Source: Minisyncoccota bacterium (GTDB taxonomy: Bacteria > Patescibacteriota > Microgenomatia > UBA1400 > UBA12028). Taken from it: a stretch of 64,000 bases of DNA. The stretch is taken from NCBI GenBank assembly GCA_003487265.1, contig DNEP01000006.1, forward strand, positions 3,276 through 67,275, in the 5' to 3' direction. The notes beneath the pieces were generated by a model that had not been told where the DNA came from, ran no database searches, and was given only the letters and a program-made list of their open reading frames with translations. Of this stretch, positions 10,529 through 20,760 are shown in pieces; positions within the stretch are counted from its first letter, which is position 1, and every line of letters starts with the position of its first letter. The translations under genes and the position numbers were made by a program.

Positions 10529-13297
10529 CTATCGAGAAACTTCAACCGCAACAAACTGATGCGTGCGCATCGTTGAAAAGAACTCCACACCGTTTGGAAT
10601 CACCGTCCCTTCTGGTGCGATTTTTTTCAGATGTGTGGAGGGTTCAATTCTGATTGAAATTGATTGCGGATACTGTGCGACCCCAGCCTGTTTCTGCATA
10701 AAAAAGGCATACGAAAACACCCCAGAAGATTGCGCGCTTGACTCCATTTCTTTTGCAGGAATGGTATACGAAAAGCTGAGTGCTTTCGTTGACTGAATTG
10801 GCACTTCAAGATACGCGCCCAACACTTTTTTTCCTTGTTCAACTGTCTCATATGTTGCGGATGCCGATAGTGGCTCACCATTTAACAAAATCGCAGAATG
10901 CGTGGCGGTTGGCGGAACATACATGCGGACATATGTTTTATATATTCCTCGAGGCCACGCCGTTGAATATGACAGGTTTTCCAGTTCGAGCGTGTGCGTG
11001 TGAACAATCTCGTTTGGATGAATGAAAATCACATGCGTCCCCGTGCGCTTGATCGATTCGTTCGCCTTGTTCACCCCAACATTTGCCTCGACCACATAGG
11101 ATGTATCAACAATACACATCTGCTCGGTAAACTGTTGTGGACAAAGCGGTGTCAGCACTCCCCCATCCCACCCAATTGATCGCAACACCTCCTGCTCAAC
11201 GGGGTTTTTTGAGTACAGATACATCTGCGACTCTTCCAAAGATAGAAGTATTTTTGAAAGAAGTTGCGACGCCTGAACGTTGTCAAGACTTTTCATTTTC
11301 TGCACAATCTGTTTCATTGTTTCAGAAAAATAGTCCTGTTTTGTCGACCCTTCAAGACGAAAGTTCACCTCTGTTCGATCAACAAGTCGTTGCATAAAAT
11401 TTTCCGCTTCCACCGTTTCGTTATTAAAACTTGGAAGAGAAACCCCCTGAACAAGATCTAGGAGTGGAAGCACCGCATGCGCGTTTATCGCAATCACCCC
11501 ATCAACAACGACACCCATCTCTTTTTCAAAAAACCACGAAATTTTTGTTGCAGAACTTGGGAAATCAGGTGACCAGTTTGCGTCGCGCAAATACCATTGA
11601 GATTCCTTTAAAAATTGTGTGAGGTCCGCTGGCGGCTCAACCTTACCTTGGAGCTGTTCATCTAAAGCATACGTGTCAAAATACTGAATATCCAACACCT
11701 TCCCCTTCTCCACCACAACCATCATCACCCCCTGAATAAAACCTCCTGTCGGCCGCAACTCCATTGGATTTTGCAACACAACAAGATATGTTCGTTTCTC
11801 ATTTTTTCCCAACATGCTTGGAAGAACAGACAGAATGTGTGATGTGGTGTATGTCATTTTTCGCAGTTTTGCTATCTCTTTTGCCAATAACGGAATTGAT
11901 CCGTGCGAGGATTGATATTGGGTGAGTTCCGACAAGAAAATGCTAGAATCTTTCGAAACGGAATCGAGCGTCGTTTGAAGTGATTGAAGCGCGTCTATAT
12001 TTTGTTGCACCCCCCCTTGTTGAACAACATTTGGAAATAAAATCGAAAGAAACAAAGATCCCGCGTCAAGAGAGGCGCTCGCCGAACCCGCATACACGCG
12101 CGCGATTTCCTCGGCAAATCGCATCGACCGAGATCGATCTTCAATCCACGCATCTTGCCCAACAAACACACTTATTCTTCTCAAATAATCCGCATACCAG
12201 CCCACCATCGAAATACTCGATTGAAGCAACGCGACATTTTGTTTTGTAACAACATAGGTTACCCCCTCCGTTGACGAGCTTTGGAGTTGTTGAATCCACC
12301 GTATTGAACGCTCAGAGACAAGATAGAACAGGAGTAAAAGACCCACATGAACAAGCAGAACACCACCCAACACACTCAAAAAAAGAGCTCGCATTTTTTC
12401 AAACGGCGTTCTTACGCGAAAACGCTTTTTCTTGGTTGAAATGATTGGAGGGGGTTCAAATGTGGATTCTTCAAGTTTTTGAACTCGAGTTGACTCTTGA
12501 AATGAGAACTGCATTCCCGAATTTGTTTGCTGACCCACCCCATCACCTTTTTGCAAAATTGACTGCAACACCGTCTTTTGTTCACTGTGAATCGAAGAGC
12601 TCTCATTTGAATCCAATAGAATGGGATGCTCTACGGGAACGTGAGAAAAGGCTGGGATGCGTGGCGGTGTTGGTGAAACTAGATACGATTTTTCTGCGTG
12701 CTTAAAAGGTGTGTGTGTAACGAGTGGATTTTCCGCCCCCCCCAACCCTTTCTTATCACCATCTTCCTCAACCAGCCCCTTTTCGCTACTATCTTCCTCG
12801 ACCACCTCATCCTCAGCAAGCGTAATGTTTTTTTTGCTCGGAGCAACAATCGAGTGTGTTGACCGAACAATCTCTTCTCCCCCTCCAACTAAAATCGTTT
12901 CTTTCTGCACTCCCCGCTCTCGGATAATAAACTCCGCACACGACTGTATTACACCAGCATCATAAACATTCCCACGCAAAATAATTGGAAAAACATTTTC
13001 AGGCTTATTCATTCCCTCTTTTGAAAAAACATAAATAATCGGGCATCCAAACTCGCGAACAACGTTTTGAATAACCCGTTCTAACACAAAATCAACACAC
13101 ACCAAGAGATATGGCGGAACTTCAATCGTTCGAATAAAGGATCCAAGGGTTTGCTCATGTAAAAATACCCCAACATATTCGCTAAACTGTTTTGTAATTT
13201 GATTTGCCAAAAGAGGTGCAACAAGATTATCTTGTTGAGAAAGAATAAGTACAGGAATTTTTTCCTGTGAGATTGTGCGAGAAATCAAGGTTTTCAT
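10529..13297 (-). CDS. DUF4012 domain membrane protein
   Basis: YLVVLQNPMELRPTGGFI, LRDANWSPDFP, VDGVIAIN, EANVGVNKAN, QKQAG; single TM. Confidence 0.85.
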   Translation of the reverse strand: MKTLISRTISQEKIPVLILSQQDNLVAPLLANQITKQFSEYVGVFLHEQTLGSFIRTIEVPPYLLVCVDFVLERVIQNVVREFGCPIIYVFSKEGMNKPENVFPIILRGNVYDAGVIQSCAEFIIRERGVQKETILVGGGEEIVRSTHSIVAPSKKNITLAEDEVVEEDSSEKGLVEEDGDKKGLGGAENPLVTHTPFKHAEKSYLVSPTPPRIPAFSHVPVEHPILLDSNESSSIHSEQKTVLQSILQKGDGVGQQTNSGMQFSFQESTRVQKLEESTFEPPPIISTKKKRFRVRTPFEKMRALFLSVLGGVLLVHVGLLLLFYLVSERSIRWIQQLQSSSTEGVTYVVTKQNVALLQSSISMVGWYADYLRRISVFVGQDAWIEDRSRSMRFAEEIARVYAGSASASLDAGSLFLSILFPNVVQQGGVQQNIDALQSLQTTLDSVSKDSSIFLSELTQYQSSHGSIPLLAKEIAKLRKMTYTTSHILSVLPSMLGKNEKRTYLVVLQNPMELRPTGGFIQGVMMVVVEKGKVLDIQYFDTYALDEQLQGKVEPPADLTQFLKESQWYLRDANWSPDFPSSATKISWFFEKEMGVVVDGVIAINAHAVLPLLDLVQGVSLPSFNNETVEAENFMQRLVDRTEVNFRLEGSTKQDYFSETMKQIVQKMKSLDNVQASQLLSKILLSLEESQMYLYSKNPVEQEVLRSIGWDGGVLTPLCPQQFTEQMCIVDTSYVVEANVGVNKANESIKRTGTHVIFIHPNEIVHTHTLELENLSYSTAWPRGIYKTYVRMYVPPTATHSAILLNGEPLSASATYETVEQGKKVLGAYLEVPIQSTKALSFSYTIPAKEMESSAQSSGVFSYAFFMQKQAGVAQYPQSISIRIEPSTHLKKIAPEGTVIPNGVEFFSTMRTHQFVAVEVSR

Positions 13298-13442
13298 GGC
13301 AGGCAGTTCTTCCCTTGTATCGTACTCAATTCGGAAATAAATAGCAAGAAAGGATATTTATCAAAGAAACAGAAATAGCGCGATATATCGGTCAAATGCG
13401 AATTACAAATCTTTCACGTTATTTGATTGTGGCCCCCACATA

Positions 13443-13880
13443 TTATTCACGATGAGCGTCTAAAGATTGATTCACCAATCTATCTGCCTCTTTGTTCATT
13501 TCTCTCGGAACATACTGAAATGAAATAGTAATGTTCTTTTCTATTAATCGCTGACACATCTCCCACACGCGTTGCGCAAAAGAGAGAAGGTGAGGTTGAT
13601 TAATCTTGTATCGCTTATTAAGCTGTTCAACGACGAGTTGGGAATCTTCATAAAAATACACCCCTTGCTTCTCGGGAGAGTGGGGGAGTTGCTCAACCCA
13701 TTCCATTCCCGCCAACACCGCTCGGTATTCGGCAGTATTGTTCGTTTCAACCCCAATATACGACGATTGTTCAAACACCACTTCTTTTTTGTGAGGATCA
13801 CGAAACACAATCACACCAATTCCCGCATTCCCAGGGTTCCCCCGCGAACCACCATCTGTGTAAATCCAGTAGTTTGGCAT
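13443..13880 (-). CDS. rnhA: Ribonuclease HI family protein
   Basis: YTDGGSRGNPG, TNNTAEY, DSQLVV, REMNKEADRLVN. Confidence 0.9.
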   Translation of the reverse strand: MPNYWIYTDGGSRGNPGNAGIGVIVFRDPHKKEVVFEQSSYIGVETNNTAEYRAVLAGMEWVEQLPHSPEKQGVYFYEDSQLVVEQLNKRYKINQPHLLSFAQRVWEMCQRLIEKNITISFQYVPREMNKEADRLVNQSLDAHRE

Positions 13881-13883
13881 ATC

Positions 13884-14402
13884 TTACTCCGCAACTTCAC
13901 TGCGATCAGCCACCTCAATTGGCTTTTCCTCGGTGGGGGATTGCCCTGACTCCTCAAAATACCCCGCAGGAAATACCGTGAGTCGTCGAAATCGTCCCTC
14001 ACCAGAAGATTGCGTTTGCACACCTTCATTTTCCGACATGAGCATATGAACATATCGACGCTCTTCGGATGAAAGATAGGGGAGTGTCACAGGTTTTCCT
14101 GTCTCCAACACTTCATCGACAGCCTGTTTGGCAACATCTTCGGCAGTAGCAAGGCGACCTTCTTTATAGTGATTAATATCAATCGTCACTCGAGTATCTC
14201 CAAGTTGTTCGCGCATACCTAACCGCACAATTGCCTGCAAAGCTTGCAATGTTTCCCCCCGACGACCGATCAACACCCCAGACCCTTCCTCGGGAACCAT
14301 AATGTGAACAATCACACCATCCTCAACATCTTCCTGTTCAATGGTGAACTCTTCAATTCCTAAAAATCCTAACAGTTTCTCTAAAAATGAGCTTTCGATC
14401 AT
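13884..14402 (-). CDS. jag: Jag/KhpB (KH + R3H RNA-binding protein)
   Basis: LIGRRGETLQALQ, ERRYVHM, SSGEGRFRRL; follows yidC; SD before MIESSF. Confidence 0.9.
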   Translation of the reverse strand: MIESSFLEKLLGFLGIEEFTIEQEDVEDGVIVHIMVPEEGSGVLIGRRGETLQALQAIVRLGMREQLGDTRVTIDINHYKEGRLATAEDVAKQAVDEVLETGKPVTLPYLSSEERRYVHMLMSENEGVQTQSSGEGRFRRLTVFPAGYFEESGQSPTEEKPIEVADRSEVAE

Positions 14403-14412
14403 ATATTTCCTT

Positions 14413-15183
14413 TCATTTTTCAGCACGGGTGATAAACGCGCGGACTTTTCTCGCATACTCGGAAAGCGCCCCAGGTCCGCTCACATACCACTGTTGCGCA
14501 ATACTATATAGTGTTGAGACAACCCAATACCAGGCTAAACCACTTGGAAACTTCATCGCCATAATTCCCGTAATGATTGGCATCGTGAAGATCATTTGTT
14601 TTTGCATTGTTTCTGCCATTTCCAACATGTCATCTTCTTTTTTGTTTTCTTGTTTCACTTTTTTTACTTTTGACGCATTAGGAATAAGATCGTGTTTTTC
14701 GGCACCAGGCAAAATCATAACGCTTAGAATGAATTGTGATACTCCCGCAATAACCGGCAACACAAAATATTGATCTGGTTTAGAAAGGTTCATCCAAAAA
14801 AACTGCATCACCCCAACCTGATCTCCTGCTTTCAACACAATGTCTAACGCCTGATAAAGCACAATTAAAATAAAGAACTGCGCTAAATAGGGGATACACC
14901 CACTTACAGGATTGATTCCCTCTTTTTTATAGAGTTCAGCCTGCGCTTGTTGAAGTTTTGTAGGTTCTTTCGCAAATTTCTTCTTTAATTCGTCAAGTTT
15001 TGGCTTAAGAAGTTGCATTTTTTTCTGAGACTTCATCCCCTGAATTGAGAGGGGGAGAAGAAGCGATCGCATAAGAAGAGTAAAAAGAAAAATAGACACA
15101 CCAAAACTGTGCGTAAACGCATTCATTGTGAGCAACAATGAAACGAGCGGATGTACAACTGCCTCAAAAAATGAACCAAACAT
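14413..15183 (-). CDS. yidC: Membrane protein insertase YidC
   Basis: KMQLLKPKLDELKKK, ELYKKEGINPVSGCIP, FPSGLAWYWVVS. Confidence 0.95.
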   Translation of the reverse strand: MFGSFFEAVVHPLVSLLLTMNAFTHSFGVSIFLFTLLMRSLLLPLSIQGMKSQKKMQLLKPKLDELKKKFAKEPTKLQQAQAELYKKEGINPVSGCIPYLAQFFILIVLYQALDIVLKAGDQVGVMQFFWMNLSKPDQYFVLPVIAGVSQFILSVMILPGAEKHDLIPNASKVKKVKQENKKEDDMLEMAETMQKQMIFTMPIITGIMAMKFPSGLAWYWVVSTLYSIAQQWYVSGPGALSEYARKVRAFITRAEK

Positions 15184-15186
15184 TAT

Positions 15187-15399
15187 TTACCAACATTGAA
15201 TAAGTCGTCGAATACCATAAAACAATCCCCGCATTGTACCATATTTCTGTATAGCAAAAATCGCATATTCACTACAGGTGGGTGAATGCTTACATGCGGA
15301 AGCATATCCAAAAATAGTTGAGATAAGAAAAGAAATTGGTTTATTTACACCTCGATAAACCCAAATTCCACCGATTGCAATATATTGAAAGATACTCAT
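15187..15399 (-). CDS. yidD: Membrane protein insertion efficiency factor YidD
   Basis: CKHSPTCSEYAIFAIQKYG; lies between rnpA and yidC; start MSIFQY. Confidence 0.85.
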   Translation of the reverse strand: MSIFQYIAIGGIWVYRGVNKPISFLISTIFGYASACKHSPTCSEYAIFAIQKYGTMRGLFYGIRRLIQCW

Positions 15400-15722
15400 A
15401 TACTTCCTAAAAGTTTTTTCAAAACTATTTCCATATCTGCGCGTAATGCTATATCTGTTGTATTTCGCCGCACAATACACACAATCTCACCCATGAGAGA
15501 AGATTGGGTGAGTTGCGAATACGCATAGTGCATGAGCAAGCGTTTAATTCTATTTCTTCGTGTGGCTAACAAACACACCGTTTTGGGCACAATCGCAACA
15601 CATTGAAAAGGGTGGGTTGTTGGACGATAAAGAACATACAGATGTTCCCCAGACACATATTGTGGGTTGCATTGAAAAAAGGTGCTCCCGCGCAACAAAA
15701 GTTTATTTTTTTTAGGAATCAT
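15396..15722 (-). CDS. rnpA: Ribonuclease P protein component
   Basis: MIPKKNKL, IVPK..ATRRNRIKR (RNR motif); synteny. Confidence 0.85.
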   Translation of the reverse strand: MIPKKNKLLLRGSTFFQCNPQYVSGEHLYVLYRPTTHPFQCVAIVPKTVCLLATRRNRIKRLLMHYAYSQLTQSSLMGEIVCIVRRNTTDIALRADMEIVLKKLLGSI

Positions 15723-15774
15723 GCGATCAGTATATCAAGATAACATGCGTACGCGAAATTGTTTGGCGGATAAC

Positions 15775-15918
15775 CTACACGGAAAGTTTTTTTCGACCCT
15801 TTGCGCGACGACGTTTAATTGTTGCGCGACCATCATGGGTATTCATTCTACGGAGAAAGCCATGCGTTCGTGCGCGCTTTCGTTTTGCTGGTTGCCATGT
15901 ACGAACTGTTTTTGCCAT
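15775..15918 (-). CDS. rpmH: 50S ribosomal protein L34 (not in ORF track)
   Basis: Manual translation [47 protein letters not shown]. Confidence 0.97.
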   Translation of the reverse strand: MAKTVRTWQPAKRKRARTHGFLRRMNTHDGRATIKRRRAKGRKKLSV

Positions 15919-15955
15919 AGGAATGGATTCTATCAGAGTAAATCACAGATTACAA

Positions 15956-16038
15956 TGTGGAAAACTCACCCTTGATATTCGTTTTTTTCATGCGTATGAT
16001 TGTGGAAAACTATCGAAGTTTCTTGAAGTAAATCCACA
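15956..16038. promoter_or_regulatory. DnaA boxes upstream of dnaA
   Basis: tgtggaaaa 15956-64 and 16001-09; aaatccaca 16030-38. Confidence 0.7.
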
Positions 16039-16065
16039 AATCGCTTGCCCACAAAAAAGGATGGA

Positions 16066-17493
16066 ATGACTGCAGAAGATCTTTGGAAAAGAATCCGAGA
16101 CTCTCTTGAGGTGACGCTTTCACAGGGCTATTTTTCGATGTGGATTAAACCAATTCAAGCCATCTCTTTACATGAATCACCTGAAAAAACACTTCTCACC
16201 ATCTCTTCTTCAAGTTCATATCACTTAAAAATGGCCGAACAGCGTTTTTCAGCACAAATATTAGAGGCGGGAAAACAAATTCTTCCAACACTCAGCGATA
16301 TTCGATTTTCGTTTGAACATGTTGGGCAAAACAACATGCTTCAAAAAAATTTGGAAAGCGATGCTCCCACAAGAGAGCATGGTAGACCTACCGAACAATC
16401 CGCACCGCTTTTCTCCTCGACAGAGTCTTCATATTCTTCGGCGATCCGTCGCGCAGGGCTTCGAGAAGACTACATTTTTGAAACGTTTGCCGTTTCGACA
16501 AGTAACGAAATGGCACACGCCGCAGCGATCGCGGTATCTCAAAATCCAGGAAAGGCGTATAACCCCCTCTTTTTATATGGAGGGGTTGGGGTGGGGAAGA
16601 CACATCTTATGCAGGCGGTCGGCCACAATATTTTAAAAAAAGATCCTAATGCGTCAATTGCGTATATCACAGGAGAGCAGTTCACGAATGAAATCGTTGC
16701 AGGCATTCAGCAGAAAAAGATGATCCAGTTAAAATCTCGCCTACGCAACTATTCCGTTCTCCTCGTTGACGATATCCAGTTTATCGCTGGGAAAGAGGCA
16801 GTTCAGGAAGAATTTTTTCACACCTTTAACGCAATCGCACCACTTGGAGGCCAGATTATTCTCACAAGCGACCGCGCCCCGCAAGAAATCCACCCCTTAG
16901 AAGATCGACTTAAATCAAGATTTGAAGCAGGATTGATCATCGACATCCAACAACCCACATTTGAACTCCGCACCGCCATCCTTCTCATCAAGGCAAAAAA
17001 ACTTCAGCTTAATCTCCCCATGGACTGCGCACAAAAAATTGCATCGGTGATAGAAAGCACGAGAAAACTCGAAGGGGCGCTCGCCAAACTTCATTCTGAA
17101 CACATGCTTTTTAAAAAACCAATTACACTTTCTCTCATAGAAGAAATTGTGGGAACTTCCCAATCCGTTTCATACTCAAAACAAAAGGTTCACCCCCAAG
17201 ACGTCATTCGCGCTGTAGCCGAACAGTTTCATATCACCACAAAAAGTTTAAAAGGCCCTGCGCGATCAAAAGAGTTGGTGCGCGCTCGACATATTGCCAT
17301 GTTTCTCCTTCGCGAGGAAAGCGAAATAACGCTTCAAGATATTGGAGAGATGTTCAACGGAAGAGACCACACGAGCGTTATGCACGCGGTTGAAAAAGTG
17401 AAAACACAAATAACTCAAGATGAGGTAATGAAAACGCAAGTGAACGCCGCGATATCCACAATTTCATTCGCATCATCCACATTTCAAGGGTAG
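16066..17493 (+). CDS. dnaA: Chromosomal replication initiator DnaA
   Basis: YNPLFLYGGVGVGKTHLM, LLVDDIQF, QEEFFHTFN, RLKSRF, GRDHTSVMHA. Confidence 0.98.
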   Translation: MTAEDLWKRIRDSLEVTLSQGYFSMWIKPIQAISLHESPEKTLLTISSSSSYHLKMAEQRFSAQILEAGKQILPTLSDIRFSFEHVGQNNMLQKNLESDAPTREHGRPTEQSAPLFSSTESSYSSAIRRAGLREDYIFETFAVSTSNEMAHAAAIAVSQNPGKAYNPLFLYGGVGVGKTHLMQAVGHNILKKDPNASIAYITGEQFTNEIVAGIQQKKMIQLKSRLRNYSVLLVDDIQFIAGKEAVQEEFFHTFNAIAPLGGQIILTSDRAPQEIHPLEDRLKSRFEAGLIIDIQQPTFELRTAILLIKAKKLQLNLPMDCAQKIASVIESTRKLEGALAKLHSEHMLFKKPITLSLIEEIVGTSQSVSYSKQKVHPQDVIRAVAEQFHITTKSLKGPARSKELVRARHIAMFLLREESEITLQDIGEMFNGRDHTSVMHAVEKVKTQITQDEVMKTQVNAAISTISFASSTFQG

Positions 17494-17729
17494 GTGGATT
17501 GTGCATATGTTTCTCTTTTATGGGGAAACTGTGAACAATGTCTGGTGCGCGTATCCACAAAAACAAAACTTATCCACACAATCCACAAACTTATCCACAA
17601 TATTTTTTCTGTTTCGCACACGAAAAATGTACGAACTATTCGAGGGCGTTTTCAAACCATTTCACTTTTCCACACTACTACAAATACCTACTACTTCTTT
17701 CTTTATCTATTATTAGATACAATGCCACC
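17494..17729. other. oriC (dnaA-dnaN intergenic region)
   Basis: Perfect TTATCCACA at 17570 and 17591; variants at 17551, 17579, 17666; CTA/TAC trio repeats 17675-17697; AT-rich tail. Confidence 0.88.
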
Positions 17730-18824
17730 ATGAAATGCACAGTGCTTCAGGAAAATCTATATAAAGCAATTTCTGCAATATCCCATTTTGCTCCAGCAAA
17801 AGCACATATTCCGATTCTTTCGAACATTCTTCTTCAATCACAAGAAGGAAAACTATTGTGTTATGCAACGGATTTGCAAGCAGGATTGCAAGTTGAAGTT
17901 GGCGGGAAGATTGAATCAGATTTTTCGATTACTGTCCCTGCAAAAATATTTACGGAATTTATTTCTTCTATCGGCTCAGGGAAGATCATTTTAGAGATTC
18001 AGGATCAATCGCTTATTATTCAGGGTGAAGGAACGAAAACAGTGATTCAGGGGGTCTCTGCGAAGGAGTTTCCAAGCTTTCCAAAAGAGAAAAAGAAAAT
18101 CTGCACGATCGCAAAAAAAATATTTTTACCGGCTGTCCAATTTGGCGGGGCATCTTCTGGCATGGACGAGACGCGCCCTATTTTCTCATCACTTCTTTTT
18201 CGAATATCGCAGGGGGAACTTATTGCGGTGAGCACTGATGGATATAGATTGTCAGAGAAACGAATTGCTCTTTCCTATGAGGGGGAACTCGCAGATCTTC
18301 TTATTCCAGCGCGACTTGTAAAGGAGGTTGTGCGTTTGTTGGACAAAAATCTTGAAGGAAATGTTGAGCTCGCTCTTTCTGAAGACAATGTTCTCCTTTT
18401 TTCATTTGACGAATGGAAAAGTTTTGTGCGGAAAAATGAGGGGGAGTATCCTCCGTACCAGAATATTATTCCAGATCATTTCGTTTCTTTTGTCGAATGT
18501 GACGCAGATGTATTGCAAAAAAACTTGAAAACGGCGATGGTGTTTGGCAAAGAGGGTTCTGGGATTGTAAAGTTACATTTGTCGGAAAACAAGCTCCGCA
18601 TGAAAACATCAACAACAACAGGAGAGCACGTTTCCGACATTGACGTTGGTTTTTCTGGCGAAGATGTTGAGATTGCGTTAAATGGAAAATATTTAGCGGA
18701 GTTTCTTCAGCTCGCTCAGGGGAAGCAGTGTAGAATCTCCATTCTCGAACCACTTAAACCAGCAAAACTTGAAATTGTTGACGACGCATCTTTTCTGTAC
18801 GTTATTATGCCGTTTAAAGTGTAA
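17730..18824 (+). CDS. dnaN: DNA polymerase III beta clamp
   Basis: MKCTVLQENL, IPILSNILL, ATDL, STDGYRLS, EGEYPPYQNIIP, YVIMP. Confidence 0.97.
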   Translation: MKCTVLQENLYKAISAISHFAPAKAHIPILSNILLQSQEGKLLCYATDLQAGLQVEVGGKIESDFSITVPAKIFTEFISSIGSGKIILEIQDQSLIIQGEGTKTVIQGVSAKEFPSFPKEKKKICTIAKKIFLPAVQFGGASSGMDETRPIFSSLLFRISQGELIAVSTDGYRLSEKRIALSYEGELADLLIPARLVKEVVRLLDKNLEGNVELALSEDNVLLFSFDEWKSFVRKNEGEYPPYQNIIPDHFVSFVECDADVLQKNLKTAMVFGKEGSGIVKLHLSENKLRMKTSTTTGEHVSDIDVGFSGEDVEIALNGKYLAEFLQLAQGKQCRISILEPLKPAKLEIVDDASFLYVIMPFKV

Positions 18825-18830
18825 AACTTT

Positions 18831-20720
18831 TTATATGGTGGCAGACGCCCGTTGTTCGCTCGCTCTTTTTTGTAATATTTCTTCAGGATCCGTTGTGATA
18901 AGTTGGTGCTCTTGTTCGCTCGCGATTACGCGAATGGCAACGTGACTTTGTCCAGCAAAAAAGAGTCCCTCTCCTACATCCGAGCCCATAAGAAAGCGCC
19001 TTTCCCCCTCACTGAGATAGAATACTTGTGTGAGATGGGGGATTGCCGCGCTTGACTGTTTCATGAGGAATTGGATTGATGAGTTAGTGACGATCGCTTT
19101 TCCGTATTCATTGTTCAAAAAATCCTCAACATCTTGAGTAATTGTGGTGATCCCGAGATAATATTTTCGCGCACGTTTCGCCATTGCGTGAAGGAAGGAT
19201 GCACTATCTTGATAGCGCATAAAGTACCACGCCTCATCAACGATAAGAATGCGCTTTTTTAGAGAACTACGAATACGCGTCCAGATAAAATCAAGAATAA
19301 TAAACATTGCGATAGGTCGAAGGGAATCTTCCATTTCTTTTACAGAAAACACAGTCAGTTGATTTTTAATATCAATGTTTGATGCTTGATCAAATATTCC
19401 AGCAAACGAACCCGACGTGAATTTTTCCAGTCGTACGGCGAGCGATTGCGCTTCTGGCGAACTGATCGCTTTTAATGTCTGGAAAAGATCAACCATCTGC
19501 GGTGGTGTGCGCGATTGTGTGTTTGAATCTGGGGTAATTCCCTTTTTCTGGTATGTCTCAACTAGCGCGCGGTCTAATATCGCATCTTCGGTTGGGGAAA
19601 GTTGTCCAAGCATCACGCGTAACAGCGAATGAATGGAGATGATTTTCATTCCCAACTCATTTTCACCTTCTTGCTTTGAAGAACTTAAGTCAAAAGGATT
19701 GATTTTTTTATCTGAATCGAATGAGAATTGAACGTATTCACCACCCATTGCTCCGCACAGTTTTTCGTATTCATTTTCTGGATCAAGAACGATTACTTCG
19801 GCGTCAAACATGAGCTGTCGCAAAATTTCCAGTTTAACGGCGTACGATTTTCCAGCACCAGATTTCGCAAACACAACCATGTTCGCGTTTTCCATTTGGA
19901 ACCGATCAAACACAACAAGCGAATCGTTATGTTCGTTAATTCCATATAAAATCCCTCGATCGCTGGTGAGTTCGGCGGATGCGAAGGGGAATGTTGTGGC
20001 TAGGGAAGTTGTGTCCATATTTCTCGTGATACGTAATTTATCTACTCCCATGGGCGTGGTTGTTTTAAAGCCGTCCTCGATTTGTAAGGATGCTATTTTA
20101 CTCACAATTAACAGAGAGCCGAGGAGCGAGCGAACCTTATTCGTGATTTTATTTAATGCCTCCAACGAACTGTCGCTAATGGTGATGTACAATCCAAACT
20201 GGAAAAAACGCTCCGCACCTTTTGCGAGCTGTTCTTGAATAAGTCTCGCGTCTTCGAGTTTAATTTCTGTGTTGATGTTGCTTAATTTCCCTTGTCGAAC
20301 ATCCGAAGAGATCTCCGCTTCCATTTCTGTGATTTTTCTTCGAAGATCATCCAAGATTTCTTTTACTTCAATCGGGAAAATGTGCATTGAGATATCGAGT
20401 GAGTGGGGAAAATTAATAAGTGGCGCGAGCCAGTTTGCGGGGACGGTTCTGGGGTATCCTGCAACAAACAGGGTGCGAATGTAGGTTGAGTTGATTTTTT
20501 GATAGGTAAAATCAACCTCGATTGCTTCTGGGGCAATAATATCTTGAATACTTACAAGCCCCGCCGAAAATGTGCGAATTTGATCATCGAGCGACGCTTG
20601 CACGCTTTTTCCTGCAGGCGTTGTGATGTTTGTTTGCGCTGAAGATTTCCCCTGAGATTCGTTTTGGCGAGTGTTTACATGAGGTGTTTTTTTTGTAAAA
20701 AAGGGGAGAGAGATTGCCAT
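18831..20720 (-). CDS. virB4: VirB4/ConE-like type IV secretion ATPase
   Basis: Walker A AKSGAGKS, LDPENEY, INPFD, Walker B ILIVDEAW, RARKYY, ITQDVEDF. Confidence 0.9.
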   Translation of the reverse strand: MAISLPFFTKKTPHVNTRQNESQGKSSAQTNITTPAGKSVQASLDDQIRTFSAGLVSIQDIIAPEAIEVDFTYQKINSTYIRTLFVAGYPRTVPANWLAPLINFPHSLDISMHIFPIEVKEILDDLRRKITEMEAEISSDVRQGKLSNINTEIKLEDARLIQEQLAKGAERFFQFGLYITISDSSLEALNKITNKVRSLLGSLLIVSKIASLQIEDGFKTTTPMGVDKLRITRNMDTTSLATTFPFASAELTSDRGILYGINEHNDSLVVFDRFQMENANMVVFAKSGAGKSYAVKLEILRQLMFDAEVIVLDPENEYEKLCGAMGGEYVQFSFDSDKKINPFDLSSSKQEGENELGMKIISIHSLLRVMLGQLSPTEDAILDRALVETYQKKGITPDSNTQSRTPPQMVDLFQTLKAISSPEAQSLAVRLEKFTSGSFAGIFDQASNIDIKNQLTVFSVKEMEDSLRPIAMFIILDFIWTRIRSSLKKRILIVDEAWYFMRYQDSASFLHAMAKRARKYYLGITTITQDVEDFLNNEYGKAIVTNSSIQFLMKQSSAAIPHLTQVFYLSEGERRFLMGSDVGEGLFFAGQSHVAIRVIASEQEHQLITTDPEEILQKRASEQRASATI

Positions 20721-20760
20721 AATGTCATCTTAGCAGGTTCGTGTGATATCTCGCAATGAA

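Noticed and set aside
17494-17733. Short ORFs and the N-terminal extension of dnaN in the ORF track
   Set aside because: This is the DnaA-box-rich oriC; DnaN homology starts at MKCTV (17730).
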